Both the position numbers and the translations under genes were made by a program. Under the pieces are notes generated by a model. The model ran no database searches and was not told where the DNA came from. It saw only the letters and a program-made list of their open reading frames with translations. From the sequence record NZ_CP027239.1: DNA of 64,000 nt; one strand, 5' to 3'. Source of the DNA: a plasmid. Position 1 is the first letter of the stretch; every line of letters starts with the position of its first letter. Below are positions 8,502-16,882 of this stretch, in pieces.

Positions 8502-10142
8502 TCAGGCGGGAATCTGCTCGGGGTACTCCTTGTAGGCGTCGTGCGCTGCCTTGGTGAACGCCTTGGGGTCGGCCAGACCCGCGCGCACCATGCGCTCGAA
8601 CCGGTCGGCCGGGATCCTGCTCGACAGGTGGGTACCGAAGTTCTTCCGCAGGATCGGGTTCAGCTGATCAAGGTGCTGGGCCATGCCGATGGTCTCGATC
8701 AGCTCGTCCCACAGGCCCTGCAGGTCGTGGCGGTCGGCCAAGGTCTGCCCCTCCGGCACCGCCAGCGCAGAGTTCTCCACGGCGGGAGCAGGGGCCGGTG
8801 CCTGCTCCTGCGCGGGCTCCTGCGGTGCCGACTGCTCGGGCGGCGCCTGCTGTGCCGACTCCTGCTCGGGGACGTTGTGGCCGCCACCGTCGGGGCCGCC
8901 GCTGGAGGGCGCGCCGACGATGTCGGATGCCACTTCCAGGGCCAGCGCGTACAGGTCGCCGGCCGCCGCGGCGACCCGCTTGATCCATTCGGAGCTCTCG
9001 TGTCGATCCTCGACGTACTCGAGGACGAAGGGCTGCTCCGCCAGGGCGACCTGGGCCACCCACTTGGCGGCCTCGCGCCACGACGGCTCGGTCTGGCGCT
9101 GGTAGCCCAGTGCGGTCTGCTGGACCCGGCTCGCGGCCCACATGAGCGGCTTGATCAGCTCGGTCGCCGCGCGGCTCAGGCGCTCATCGCCCAGCTGTGC
9201 CGCCTTCTCCGGGTCGGCGTAGGCGGCGCTCTGCACCAGGTCGAGGGCGTCCTTACGGGCCCAGCGGACGGACTGCACGATGTACGAGGCCGGGTTGAGT
9301 CGACCGTCGAGGTTGACCAGCTCCCACGGCTTGCTTTCGACTGACCGCAGGCGCTGTACGGGCCGGTCAGTGTCGTCGCCCCGCATGATGCTGACGACCT
9401 GCTCGGCGATCTGGCGGGCATCGACTGCGCCGCCGGTCGGTGCGCCGGGCGCGGCTGCGGGGGAGGCGTTGTCGGAGCGGACGATCGCGCCGCCGGTCTC
9501 GCCTGCCTCGGTGAAGATGCGGACCCAACCCTCGGGCGGTGTGGAGCCGTCGCGGTTGTGCCGGAACAGGTCCCACTCTTCGGGGTTGGTGGAGGCTTCC
9601 GCACTGATGACGTTGCGGGAAGGGTCGCCGGCGGGACCCACGACGGCGATCACGTTGGCGCAGTTCTCGCCCGTGATGTTCGAGTTGGCGCCGCTGCCGT
9701 CTGGCGCTGAGCCGCGCAGCACGCACATCGGCACGGTGTACGGGATGACCTCGCCGGACTTGTTCTTGTAGCGGCGGCGGGTCTCGATGGCCACGTAGAC
9801 CGGTTCGCCATGCTCATGAGCCCAATGCAGCGCTCGGTGCACCTCCGAGCTCTCAACGGTGGAACCGGAGAAGTCGTGCCTGAGCTTCTTGTCGCTGCCG
9901 GTCTCCGAGGATGCGGCATCGAACGTCACCGACACCGAGCGCACCCCGCCGCGGCCCTCCCTGTCGGAGACCTTGATCTCCTTGACCAGAACGGACGTGA
10001 ACTCGCGGACGTACACCTCGGGACGCACGGGCCGCTGCGTGACGTCGCCGTCAGCGGTGAGCTTGACCGCGACGGGCTTGGTCGGTGCGCTGGCGTAACC
10101 GATCCAGCTGGTCGGGTGGGTCTGGCGGGTGAAGGTCGTCAT
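8502..10142 (-). CDS. hypothetical protein (546 aa), candidate replication/recombination factor
   Basis: Long ORF, non-repetitive N-terminal 250 aa, Pro/Gln/Ala-rich linker (EQESAQQAPPEQSAPQEPAQEQ). Divergently transcribed from the rusA-dnaB-like pair. No motif I can name. Confidence 0.55.
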   Translation of the reverse strand: MTTFTRQTHPTSWIGYASAPTKPVAVKLTADGDVTQRPVRPEVYVREFTSVLVKEIKVSDREGRGGVRSVSVTFDAASSETGSDKKLRHDFSGSTVESSEVHRALHWAHEHGEPVYVAIETRRRYKNKSGEVIPYTVPMCVLRGSAPDGSGANSNITGENCANVIAVVGPAGDPSRNVISAEASTNPEEWDLFRHNRDGSTPPEGWVRIFTEAGETGGAIVRSDNASPAAAPGAPTGGAVDARQIAEQVVSIMRGDDTDRPVQRLRSVESKPWELVNLDGRLNPASYIVQSVRWARKDALDLVQSAAYADPEKAAQLGDERLSRAATELIKPLMWAASRVQQTALGYQRQTEPSWREAAKWVAQVALAEQPFVLEYVEDRHESSEWIKRVAAAAGDLYALALEVASDIVGAPSSGGPDGGGHNVPEQESAQQAPPEQSAPQEPAQEQAPAPAPAVENSALAVPEGQTLADRHDLQGLWDELIETIGMAQHLDQLNPILRKNFGTHLSSRIPADRFERMVRAGLADPKAFTKAAHDAYKEYPEQIPA

Positions 10143-10322
10143 TACTGTTCCTTCGGCGTTCGGGGTGGGTCCGTGTTGCCCACATCAAATCACGCCGCAC
10201 TGACACTGCAGCACGACGAAATCGTGGCTGATCAGCGCGGCGGGCGCCTCGCCATTTCTCCGCACCGCGCGGTCGGTGTTCGGGGCCGTGGCGGCGGCAT
10301 GACCCGCCGATAGGGTCCGGCC

Positions 10323-11186
10323 ATGACCAGCATCGACCTGGGCCAACTGTTGGAGTCCGGCACCCACAAACAGTGCCCCGACTGCCAGTTCCGCATCATC
10401 CCGATCTCGGCACGCTCCTGCTCGCAATGCGCTGCCGGCCTCGCGGCGCCCTTGAGCGCACCCCCGAGTCGTCGGCGCACTATGGCGCGCGGCGGGGGCC
10501 GGAAAGTCGCCGCCACTGTCCGGCACCTGGGAGATGGGTCCCGCACCGGCGCCGGCACCGTTGCCCCCGATTTCCGAGGGGGACTGGACGCAGCGACCGG
10601 CGGAGTGTTCTGGCTGGTCGCACACGGTGTCCCCGTCACCCAGGGGTCCATGGTGGCCGTGGCCGCCGGGAAGATCCGCCGCGACAACGGCCCCGAGCTG
10701 GTGGCCTGGCGCGACGAGATCACCCGCCGGGCACGGCTGCAGGCCGGAAGTGGCTGGACGCCGATCAACGGGCCTGTGCAGGTCGCCGCATGCCTGACCG
10801 TGCCGTGGCCGGCCCGCATGCCGTTCAGCGGTTTCTGCGAGGCCATCGACGCGGTCGGCGACACCCCGGCCAGGCTCGCCCCCATGGGCACCCCAGATGG
10901 CGACAAACTGCTGAGGGCGGTCCAAGACGCACTGTCGCCGCGCGGGGCCAACAGGTTCCACCTCCTCGAAGACGATGCCCGGGTCATCGACTCGCAGGTC
11001 AGCAAGACTTTCCCCGCCCCGGAGCACACTCACCCGTGGGCGCTGGACACTCCGGGCCTGGTGCTGCGGGTGTCGATTCTGGGGGCGGATGTCGCGCCGA
11101 TGCCCGGTTCATCTCTGTCCGACCCCGGCGGGCTGCCGGACCCTGCACTGCGGCTGCACCGGTCCTTGGCCCGGCAAATCCGCTAG
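10323..11186 (+). CDS. rusA: RusA-family Holliday-junction resolvase with N-terminal Zn-ribbon-like extension
   Basis: Core 'DGDKLLRAVQDALS...FHLLEDDARVIDSQVSK' aligns with RusA 'DLDNLQKAAFDAL...FWLDDAQVVDYRV' (catalytic Asp cluster). N-terminus has CPDC...CSQC cysteine pairs. Confidence 0.7.
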   Translation: MTSIDLGQLLESGTHKQCPDCQFRIIPISARSCSQCAAGLAAPLSAPPSRRRTMARGGGRKVAATVRHLGDGSRTGAGTVAPDFRGGLDAATGGVFWLVAHGVPVTQGSMVAVAAGKIRRDNGPELVAWRDEITRRARLQAGSGWTPINGPVQVAACLTVPWPARMPFSGFCEAIDAVGDTPARLAPMGTPDGDKLLRAVQDALSPRGANRFHLLEDDARVIDSQVSKTFPAPEHTHPWALDTPGLVLRVSILGADVAPMPGSSLSDPGGLPDPALRLHRSLARQIR

Positions 11187-11225
11187 TCCGCACACCTTCT
11201 CTCCCCGTCGTTAGGCTGCGCCACC

Positions 11226-12653
11226 ATGACCGAAACCCACCCCGGGCACGTCCAGCCCGCCAACAGTGCGGGCGGGGACGCCTCCAGCCTGTCTGAGCGG
11301 GTTGTGCTCGGCACCCTGCTCGACGGCGACAGTGAGTTTCTGCGCTCGGCGATGCCGGCACTGTCTACCGAGTCGTTCACCAGACCCGACTTCAAGGCGA
11401 TCTTTCACGCGGTGGCGACGCTGGACCGGGTCGGCGATGCCATCGACGTCCCCAGCGTCATGCAAGCCCTGGACGAGGTAGGGCAACTCGCCGGCGTCGG
11501 CGGCCCGGCGGCGGTGACCCGCCTGGTCACTGACTCACTGGCCGCGGCCGTCCCGAGGGTGCATCTGCAGCGGGTGATTGAGGCGACCCAGCTGCGGCAG
11601 GTTCACGAGACGATGTCGCGGCTGTTGGCCGCGCGGGCGACACCGGACAGGGTGTTCGACGAGCTCGATGCGATCCGGGACGTGGGCGCCGATGTGTCGG
11701 TCACGCTGCCCGACCTCGCGGACCAGCTCGACGCCTACCAGCGGGAGCTGCAGCGTCGCCGGTCGATGGACACTCCGCTGGTGGGTGTGCCGACCGGGTG
11801 GCGAGAACTGGACGGCATCTACTCGCCGGATCCGGACAAACGACGAATCGGGCGCCTGCCTGGCGGGTTCGAGCGCAAGCACCTGGTGATGGTGGCGGCC
11901 CGCCCCGGCGTCGGCAAGACGTCGGTGATCATCGACTTCCTGCGGTCGGCCTGCAAATCCGGCAAGGGGGTGGTGTTCTTCTCCAACGAGATGCCGGCGC
12001 AGGAAATCATCGAGCTCATCGTGTGCGCGGAGGTGGCGCTCTACAAGCGGGACCGCTACAAGTTCCCCGAGGACATCCCGCCCAGCGGGTGGGACCGGAT
12101 CGCCGAGGTGCAGGCCGACATCACCCAGAACTGGCACCTGATCATCGACGACCAGGCATCCACGCTGGCCGACCAGCGGCGCGTCCTGGCCGCCGCGCGC
12201 ATGAAGTTCCGGGCCGAGGGCGTGGACCTGGACATCGCGTTCCAGGACTTCATTCAGCGGATGAGCACCCCGGGAGGCCGGGGCAGTAAGGCGCAGCACG
12301 AGGAGTTGGGCGACTTCTCCAAGGGCTGGAAAGACATGGCCAAGGAACTCGACATCGCCGCGGTGGTGGCGGCTCAGCTCAACCGGTCCAGCGTGGAGGT
12401 CGATCGGCTGCCGCGCGCCGACGATCTGCGCGGGTCAGGGTCCCTCGAGCAGGACTCTGACGTCATCATCGGGCTTCACCGGCCCTACGCCACGGGCGGT
12501 CAGGAGTCCGGCCACACCGCTGATGAACTGCAGGTCGTGATGATCAAGGTGCGCCACGGCGCTGCCGGGCACGTCTTCGAGCGGGCGTTCGTCGGCGAGC
12601 TGGCGCAGACGATGGAACCGGCCCGACGGGCCATGCCGGAGCCCCCGCCGTAG
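11226..12653 (+). CDS. DnaB-like replicative helicase
   Basis: 475 aa. N-terminal DnaB-N-like domain (ERVVLGTLLDGDSEFL), Walker A 'ARPGVGKTS', 'IIDDQAS', C-terminal 'LRGSGSLEQDSDVIIGLHR'. RecA-fold helicase hallmarks. Confidence 0.85.
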   Translation: MTETHPGHVQPANSAGGDASSLSERVVLGTLLDGDSEFLRSAMPALSTESFTRPDFKAIFHAVATLDRVGDAIDVPSVMQALDEVGQLAGVGGPAAVTRLVTDSLAAAVPRVHLQRVIEATQLRQVHETMSRLLAARATPDRVFDELDAIRDVGADVSVTLPDLADQLDAYQRELQRRRSMDTPLVGVPTGWRELDGIYSPDPDKRRIGRLPGGFERKHLVMVAARPGVGKTSVIIDFLRSACKSGKGVVFFSNEMPAQEIIELIVCAEVALYKRDRYKFPEDIPPSGWDRIAEVQADITQNWHLIIDDQASTLADQRRVLAAARMKFRAEGVDLDIAFQDFIQRMSTPGGRGSKAQHEELGDFSKGWKDMAKELDIAAVVAAQLNRSSVEVDRLPRADDLRGSGSLEQDSDVIIGLHRPYATGGQESGHTADELQVVMIKVRHGAAGHVFERAFVGELAQTMEPARRAMPEPPP

Positions 12654-12670
12654 GGGCGCCCCACCGCCGG

Positions 12671-13531
12671 CTAGGCGTCGCGCATGTCTTTGGCCTTCAT
12701 CATCTGCCGCTCCCACAGCAGGTTCAGAGTCGAGATCGCGTTGTCGGTGACCGACCCCCGGATCGTCAACGCGCCCTCCATCGTCAGGTCCCGGTAGCGG
12801 GACACCGCGTACAGGGTGCTGGTGGTGCCCAGGTTCCGGCCGTCCTGCAGCCGGGTCAGCGTGACCACGTAGACGCGGTTGTCGTCCATGCCCCAGTAGT
12901 CCTTCTCCACGGGCAGGACCTGCACCTTCTGCACGTGGTGGACACCGTCCTTGTCGAAAGTGGTGCGGGGGCACACGGCTGTCCACTCGTCGATCGTCGA
13001 CAACGGGCGGAGCTCGGGGTTGGCGATGTCGATGGTCATCTGCGCGTTGTAGGCCACCAACGTCAGCGTCTCCCCGGACCAGCTCGACGACCAGTCCCGC
13101 GAGACTTCCTGCGCCTTCTGGTGCAGCTCCCCACCGGGCACGCACTCGGCAGGGGAGGCCGCCGTGATCGTCTCGTCCGGCTCAGCGATGCCAGTCGGGG
13201 CCTCGCGCAGTTCACCCACCCAGCCGGTGAACGTCGGTGCGGGCAGATCCTGGCCGCCGGTATCGACCAGGTAGTCCTGGTAGGCGGTGGTGTCGGTTTT
13301 CGGCTCTCGCCCCCACATGAACATCGTCGTGGTGAGCAGCAGGCCGATGATGACCACCATCGCCCCGGCGCCCATCGCGGTCTTGGTGCTGCTGGACTGG
13401 CCCGCGAACCAGTCGCGGACACCGCCGGCCGACTTCCGCACTGCCGTCATCGCCTTGTTGCTCTTCACACCCACGGGGCCCTTCTCGCGCAGTCCATATC
13501 CGGAATCGGCGCCATCGTCCCACCGGCTCAT
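12671..13531 (-). CDS. membrane-anchored hypothetical protein
   Basis: ORF 12671..13597(-). Start could be ATG 13597 or ATG 13531 (MSRWDDG). Single TM 'AMVVIIGLLLTTTMFMW', then a roughly 200-aa extracytoplasmic domain. Confidence 0.45.
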   Translation of the reverse strand: MSRWDDGADSGYGLREKGPVGVKSNKAMTAVRKSAGGVRDWFAGQSSSTKTAMGAGAMVVIIGLLLTTTMFMWGREPKTDTTAYQDYLVDTGGQDLPAPTFTGWVGELREAPTGIAEPDETITAASPAECVPGGELHQKAQEVSRDWSSSWSGETLTLVAYNAQMTIDIANPELRPLSTIDEWTAVCPRTTFDKDGVHHVQKVQVLPVEKDYWGMDDNRVYVVTLTRLQDGRNLGTTSTLYAVSRYRDLTMEGALTIRGSVTDNAISTLNLLWERQMMKAKDMRDA

Positions 13532-13615
13532 GCCGCCGCGATCGGCTCGCACGGGCGGCGGCACGCCCATGGCCCATGCTGGTAGCCGCACCGCCAACGA
13601 AAGGTCAGTACACCG

Positions 13616-14740
13616 ATGCCCCCTGTGATGGCCGTCGACCTCGGGTCGGCCACGATCAGTGCTGCAGCAGCGCAGCCGTCAACGGAACCGGACCCGGCAG
13701 TGCTGACCGTTGACGGCCGATCCACCTACTCGCCGGCGACTTGCGTCGACATCGAGGGGGTGCCGCACCCGTCGACGTGGTCGGGGTCAGCAGTCGACCA
13801 CACACCGCGCCCCGACCTGCTCCTGGACCTGCCGCCGCAGATCATCGGCGACGTCCCCCTCTCGGGAGCGACCCTGGTCGGTGTCGCCATCGGACCAGCG
13901 CTGGCGGCTGCCGCAGACCACTTCGGGACCGAACCGACTGTGCTGATCGGGGTGCATCCGCACTGGTGGCCGGCGGGCAAGATCGCCGACTACGAACGGG
14001 CACTAGCCCGCCTGACTCCCCACACCGCTCTCATCCCCTGGCCAGAGGCTATCGCCGCGCAGACCGTGCCACCCGCGACGGCCTCCCACGTGACCGTCAT
14101 GGACTTCGGGGCATCAACTGCCACCATCACGGTGGTCTCCTTCTCCCGCCGAGGAGTGCCGCGGGTGCGGTTCACCCACACCGACCGGGCTGGCGGGTCA
14201 CGCGGTGTGGACCGGGTGATCGTCGCCGACGCAGCAGCCGAGGCCGGCATCGACCTGTCCGGGCAGGACCAGCACTGGTGGGAGGAGGCCGCTTCTCAGG
14301 TCGCGGCCAGTCGGCGCCGTCTGTGCACCGAGACCGGCTCCTGGCCGGCCGCCATCGACATCGAGTTCCCCGCACCGCTGGGCGCCCGTCAACTCCGCGG
14401 CCCCCGACTGCGGCAGCTCACCACCACGCACATGCAGAAGGTGGTGGCCGGGCTGATCGCCCATGAGGACGTTCAGTCCGCCTGGTCCGACGACCGCACC
14501 TCCACCACCACGCAGCCGCTGGTGGAGGTCACGGGCGGGTTCGGGCAGGACCCGTCGGTGCTGTCGGCGGTCAAAGCCGAGGCTGGCAGGGCCGACCTGG
14601 TGCCCGAGCCGGCCTCAGCTGCCGCATTTGGGGCGGTCCTGGCCCACGCCCCGGCGTGGGTTCCCGCCGATCAGAAGCCGTCCAGGTTCCGGTTCGGGCG
14701 CTCCCGCTCGGCCGTCCCCGCCCAGCGGGCACGGTCGTGA
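13616..14740 (+). CDS. ASKHA-superfamily (actin/Hsp70-like) ATPase, possibly ParM-like
   Basis: N-terminal phosphate-1 motif 'MAVDLGSATIS'. C-terminal 'VTGGFGQDPSVLSAVKAEAG...LVPEPASAAAFGAV' resembles the adenosine/phosphate-2 motifs of actin-fold ATPases. Confidence 0.5.
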   Translation: MPPVMAVDLGSATISAAAAQPSTEPDPAVLTVDGRSTYSPATCVDIEGVPHPSTWSGSAVDHTPRPDLLLDLPPQIIGDVPLSGATLVGVAIGPALAAAADHFGTEPTVLIGVHPHWWPAGKIADYERALARLTPHTALIPWPEAIAAQTVPPATASHVTVMDFGASTATITVVSFSRRGVPRVRFTHTDRAGGSRGVDRVIVADAAAEAGIDLSGQDQHWWEEAASQVAASRRRLCTETGSWPAAIDIEFPAPLGARQLRGPRLRQLTTTHMQKVVAGLIAHEDVQSAWSDDRTSTTTQPLVEVTGGFGQDPSVLSAVKAEAGRADLVPEPASAAAFGAVLAHAPAWVPADQKPSRFRFGRSRSAVPAQRARS

Positions 14741-15177
14741 CCACCAAGGGGCGCCGATACCGGCGAGAGACGCTGATCGCGCTAGTCGAACAGATCGACA
14801 TCACCGTTCCCGCGCTGTCGACCACCACGCTGATCCGGCGGTCGATCGCCCACTACAACCGACGGAACCCGACCTCGCGGCCCGCGAGCCTCGATTCCGA
14901 GACGGACTTCTTGTGCCGTCTGATGGTCAACTTCCTCAGGCACCAGTGTTCGGAGTACGACTCCCTGCGCACGTTCCTGCGCCAGCACGCCCACGGGGAC
15001 GACCACGAGTTCGTCGGCGCCATCGTCAAGGGCAGAGTGCTGCGTTTGATCGCAGCGCAGTACCCGATGCTGCGTTCCGAAGCCCGGTCCCAGGCACTGC
15101 GGGAAGACCAGGTCGTCAACGGGGCGCCACGCGCCCGCGCCCGCGGCCACGCCACAACGGGACGACCGCGGCGATAA
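14737..15177 (+). CDS. hypothetical basic protein, GTGA-coupled to the upstream ATPase gene
   Basis: GTG 14737 overlaps the stop of the ATPase gene. 146 aa, Arg-rich. No domain recognised. Confidence 0.4.
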   Translation: MTTKGRRYRRETLIALVEQIDITVPALSTTTLIRRSIAHYNRRNPTSRPASLDSETDFLCRLMVNFLRHQCSEYDSLRTFLRQHAHGDDHEFVGAIVKGRVLRLIAAQYPMLRSEARSQALREDQVVNGAPRARARGHATTGRPRR

Positions 15178-15213
15178 TCTCGCCTTCGAGCAGCGCACGA
15201 GCCAAGGAGCCCC

Positions 15214-16071
15214 ATGGACAACGGGATCACCCTGACCACCAACGGTCGGTCGTGGGTGTCGGTGGCCAACCCACTGCGCCACGACACGATCGCCGGGCTG
15301 GCCCAGGCGCAAGCCAAGTACGACACCTCCCAGGTGTCGGCTCGATCCGGCGCTGTGGGCGTCATCGTCGGCGTCGCGGTCGGGCTGCTCGCCGTCCTGG
15401 TTGGCCTGCCGGCATTGCTGGCGGTCGTGTGCGGACTGGTGGCATTGCCGGTGGCCTGGCTGCTGACGTTCCGGCGACTGCGCTCTCGGGCGGCAGCGTT
15501 CGAGTCCACGCTGGCTGCCAACGCCGAAGGCCTGGGGCCACGACGGATCGTGCGGGGCGAGTTCCTTCCCGGGGCGTGTGCCGACGCCGCCGACCAGCTC
15601 GTCATCGGGACGGTGCAGATCCTGCAGTCCACCGCTTACCGGTGCGGGGCGCTGGGAGAGACCAGCTTTGTCTACGACGAGATTCTCGACGCCACCTGGT
15701 CGCTGCTGCACAAGCTGCGCACCTACGAGCGGGAAGTGCGCGACATGGCGCGCATGGAGGAGCGGGCGTGCGATGAGCGCACGCGCCGCGATCTCGCCAC
15801 ACTGGCAGACCGCATGAATCATGTGTGGTCCGAACAGCTACTGCCCTTGGTGGATGCCCACCGGGATCTGGTCCGGTCGGTCGCAGACCTCGACCGGTTC
15901 CTCGACACCCCGCATGCCAGGGACCACGGCAAGCAGTTGGCTGCAGCTGACGACTCTCCCCGCACGGCCGCAGACGACCTGGATGCGCTGACCGGGCGGG
16001 TCGCCGCAGCTCGTGACCGCGCGTTGGCCTACCGGTCCGGCTATCCCGACGCCGACACGACCAGCCCTTAG
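15214..16071 (+). CDS. membrane protein (2 TM), hypothetical
   Basis: RBS AAGGAG before ATG 15214. Two adjacent hydrophobic helices (GVIVGVAVGLLAVLVGL / LLAVVCGLVALPVAWLL). Confidence 0.5.
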   Translation: MDNGITLTTNGRSWVSVANPLRHDTIAGLAQAQAKYDTSQVSARSGAVGVIVGVAVGLLAVLVGLPALLAVVCGLVALPVAWLLTFRRLRSRAAAFESTLAANAEGLGPRRIVRGEFLPGACADAADQLVIGTVQILQSTAYRCGALGETSFVYDEILDATWSLLHKLRTYEREVRDMARMEERACDERTRRDLATLADRMNHVWSEQLLPLVDAHRDLVRSVADLDRFLDTPHARDHGKQLAAADDSPRTAADDLDALTGRVAAARDRALAYRSGYPDADTTSP

Positions 16072-16113
16072 GCTCAGTGCAGCCTGTCGACGGCACTACG
16101 AAAGGGGGACCGG

Positions 16114-16758
16114 ATGGATCGCGAAAAGCTCATGACGAGGCGCGCTGAACTGATGGCCCAACTCGCTGCCAACACCGTCGAGCTGGAACGCGCCGAGGAG
16201 CACCTCGAGCAGAGCCAGGCCATCTACCGGTCGACCACCGACGGGTTGGCGATGTCCTGGAGGGCCATCGAGCGTGCCTCCATCAATCCGAACACCCCGC
16301 CCAAGGAGCTCAAGCAGCTCCTGCGTCTGCACGCCCGCGCGGAGACCGCCGCGGCCAAGGAGTACTCCGAACGCACGAAACGGTGGGGGCACCGCAGCGG
16401 GGACGGGCACCTGTTCGCCTGTCCGCTCGGGGACGTACCGCGGTTGAACCGACTGATGGTCTCCGCCGACGTACTGGGCACATACCGAGTTCCTCCCGAA
16501 GACCTCGAGAAGCCGTCGTTCTTCACAGTGGCGTTGTCACGGCCTGTACCTACGGGCGATGTCAACGCAGACGGCGAAATGCAGATGGTGAGGCTGCGGT
16601 CCCGGCTTCGTGTCCCGGTGGAACTGCGGCAAGGCAACGATCTGACGCTGCGCGATGTCCTGGCCTGCCGCCTGGACGACGCCAAGGGCACCGAGCAGCT
16701 CGCCCGCTTCTTCGGCGCCGACCTGCTGGCCTCGGTTCGCGCCTCCCTGGCCAAGTAG
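16114..16758 (+). CDS. hypothetical protein
   Basis: 214 aa with an RBS. Coiled-coil-like N-terminus. No domain recognised. Confidence 0.5.
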   Translation: MDREKLMTRRAELMAQLAANTVELERAEEHLEQSQAIYRSTTDGLAMSWRAIERASINPNTPPKELKQLLRLHARAETAAAKEYSERTKRWGHRSGDGHLFACPLGDVPRLNRLMVSADVLGTYRVPPEDLEKPSFFTVALSRPVPTGDVNADGEMQMVRLRSRLRVPVELRQGNDLTLRDVLACRLDDAKGTEQLARFFGADLLASVRASLAK

Positions 16759-16882
16759 CAACAGTCACCGGAAGCGGTCCACGACGAGCGATTTCGAGCC
16801 CCATCCGAGGTTCCCCGGCACGTTCACCCCTTAGGGTTCTGCACATCGGAATCTGACTGCACGCGACCAATCGAGGCACCCC

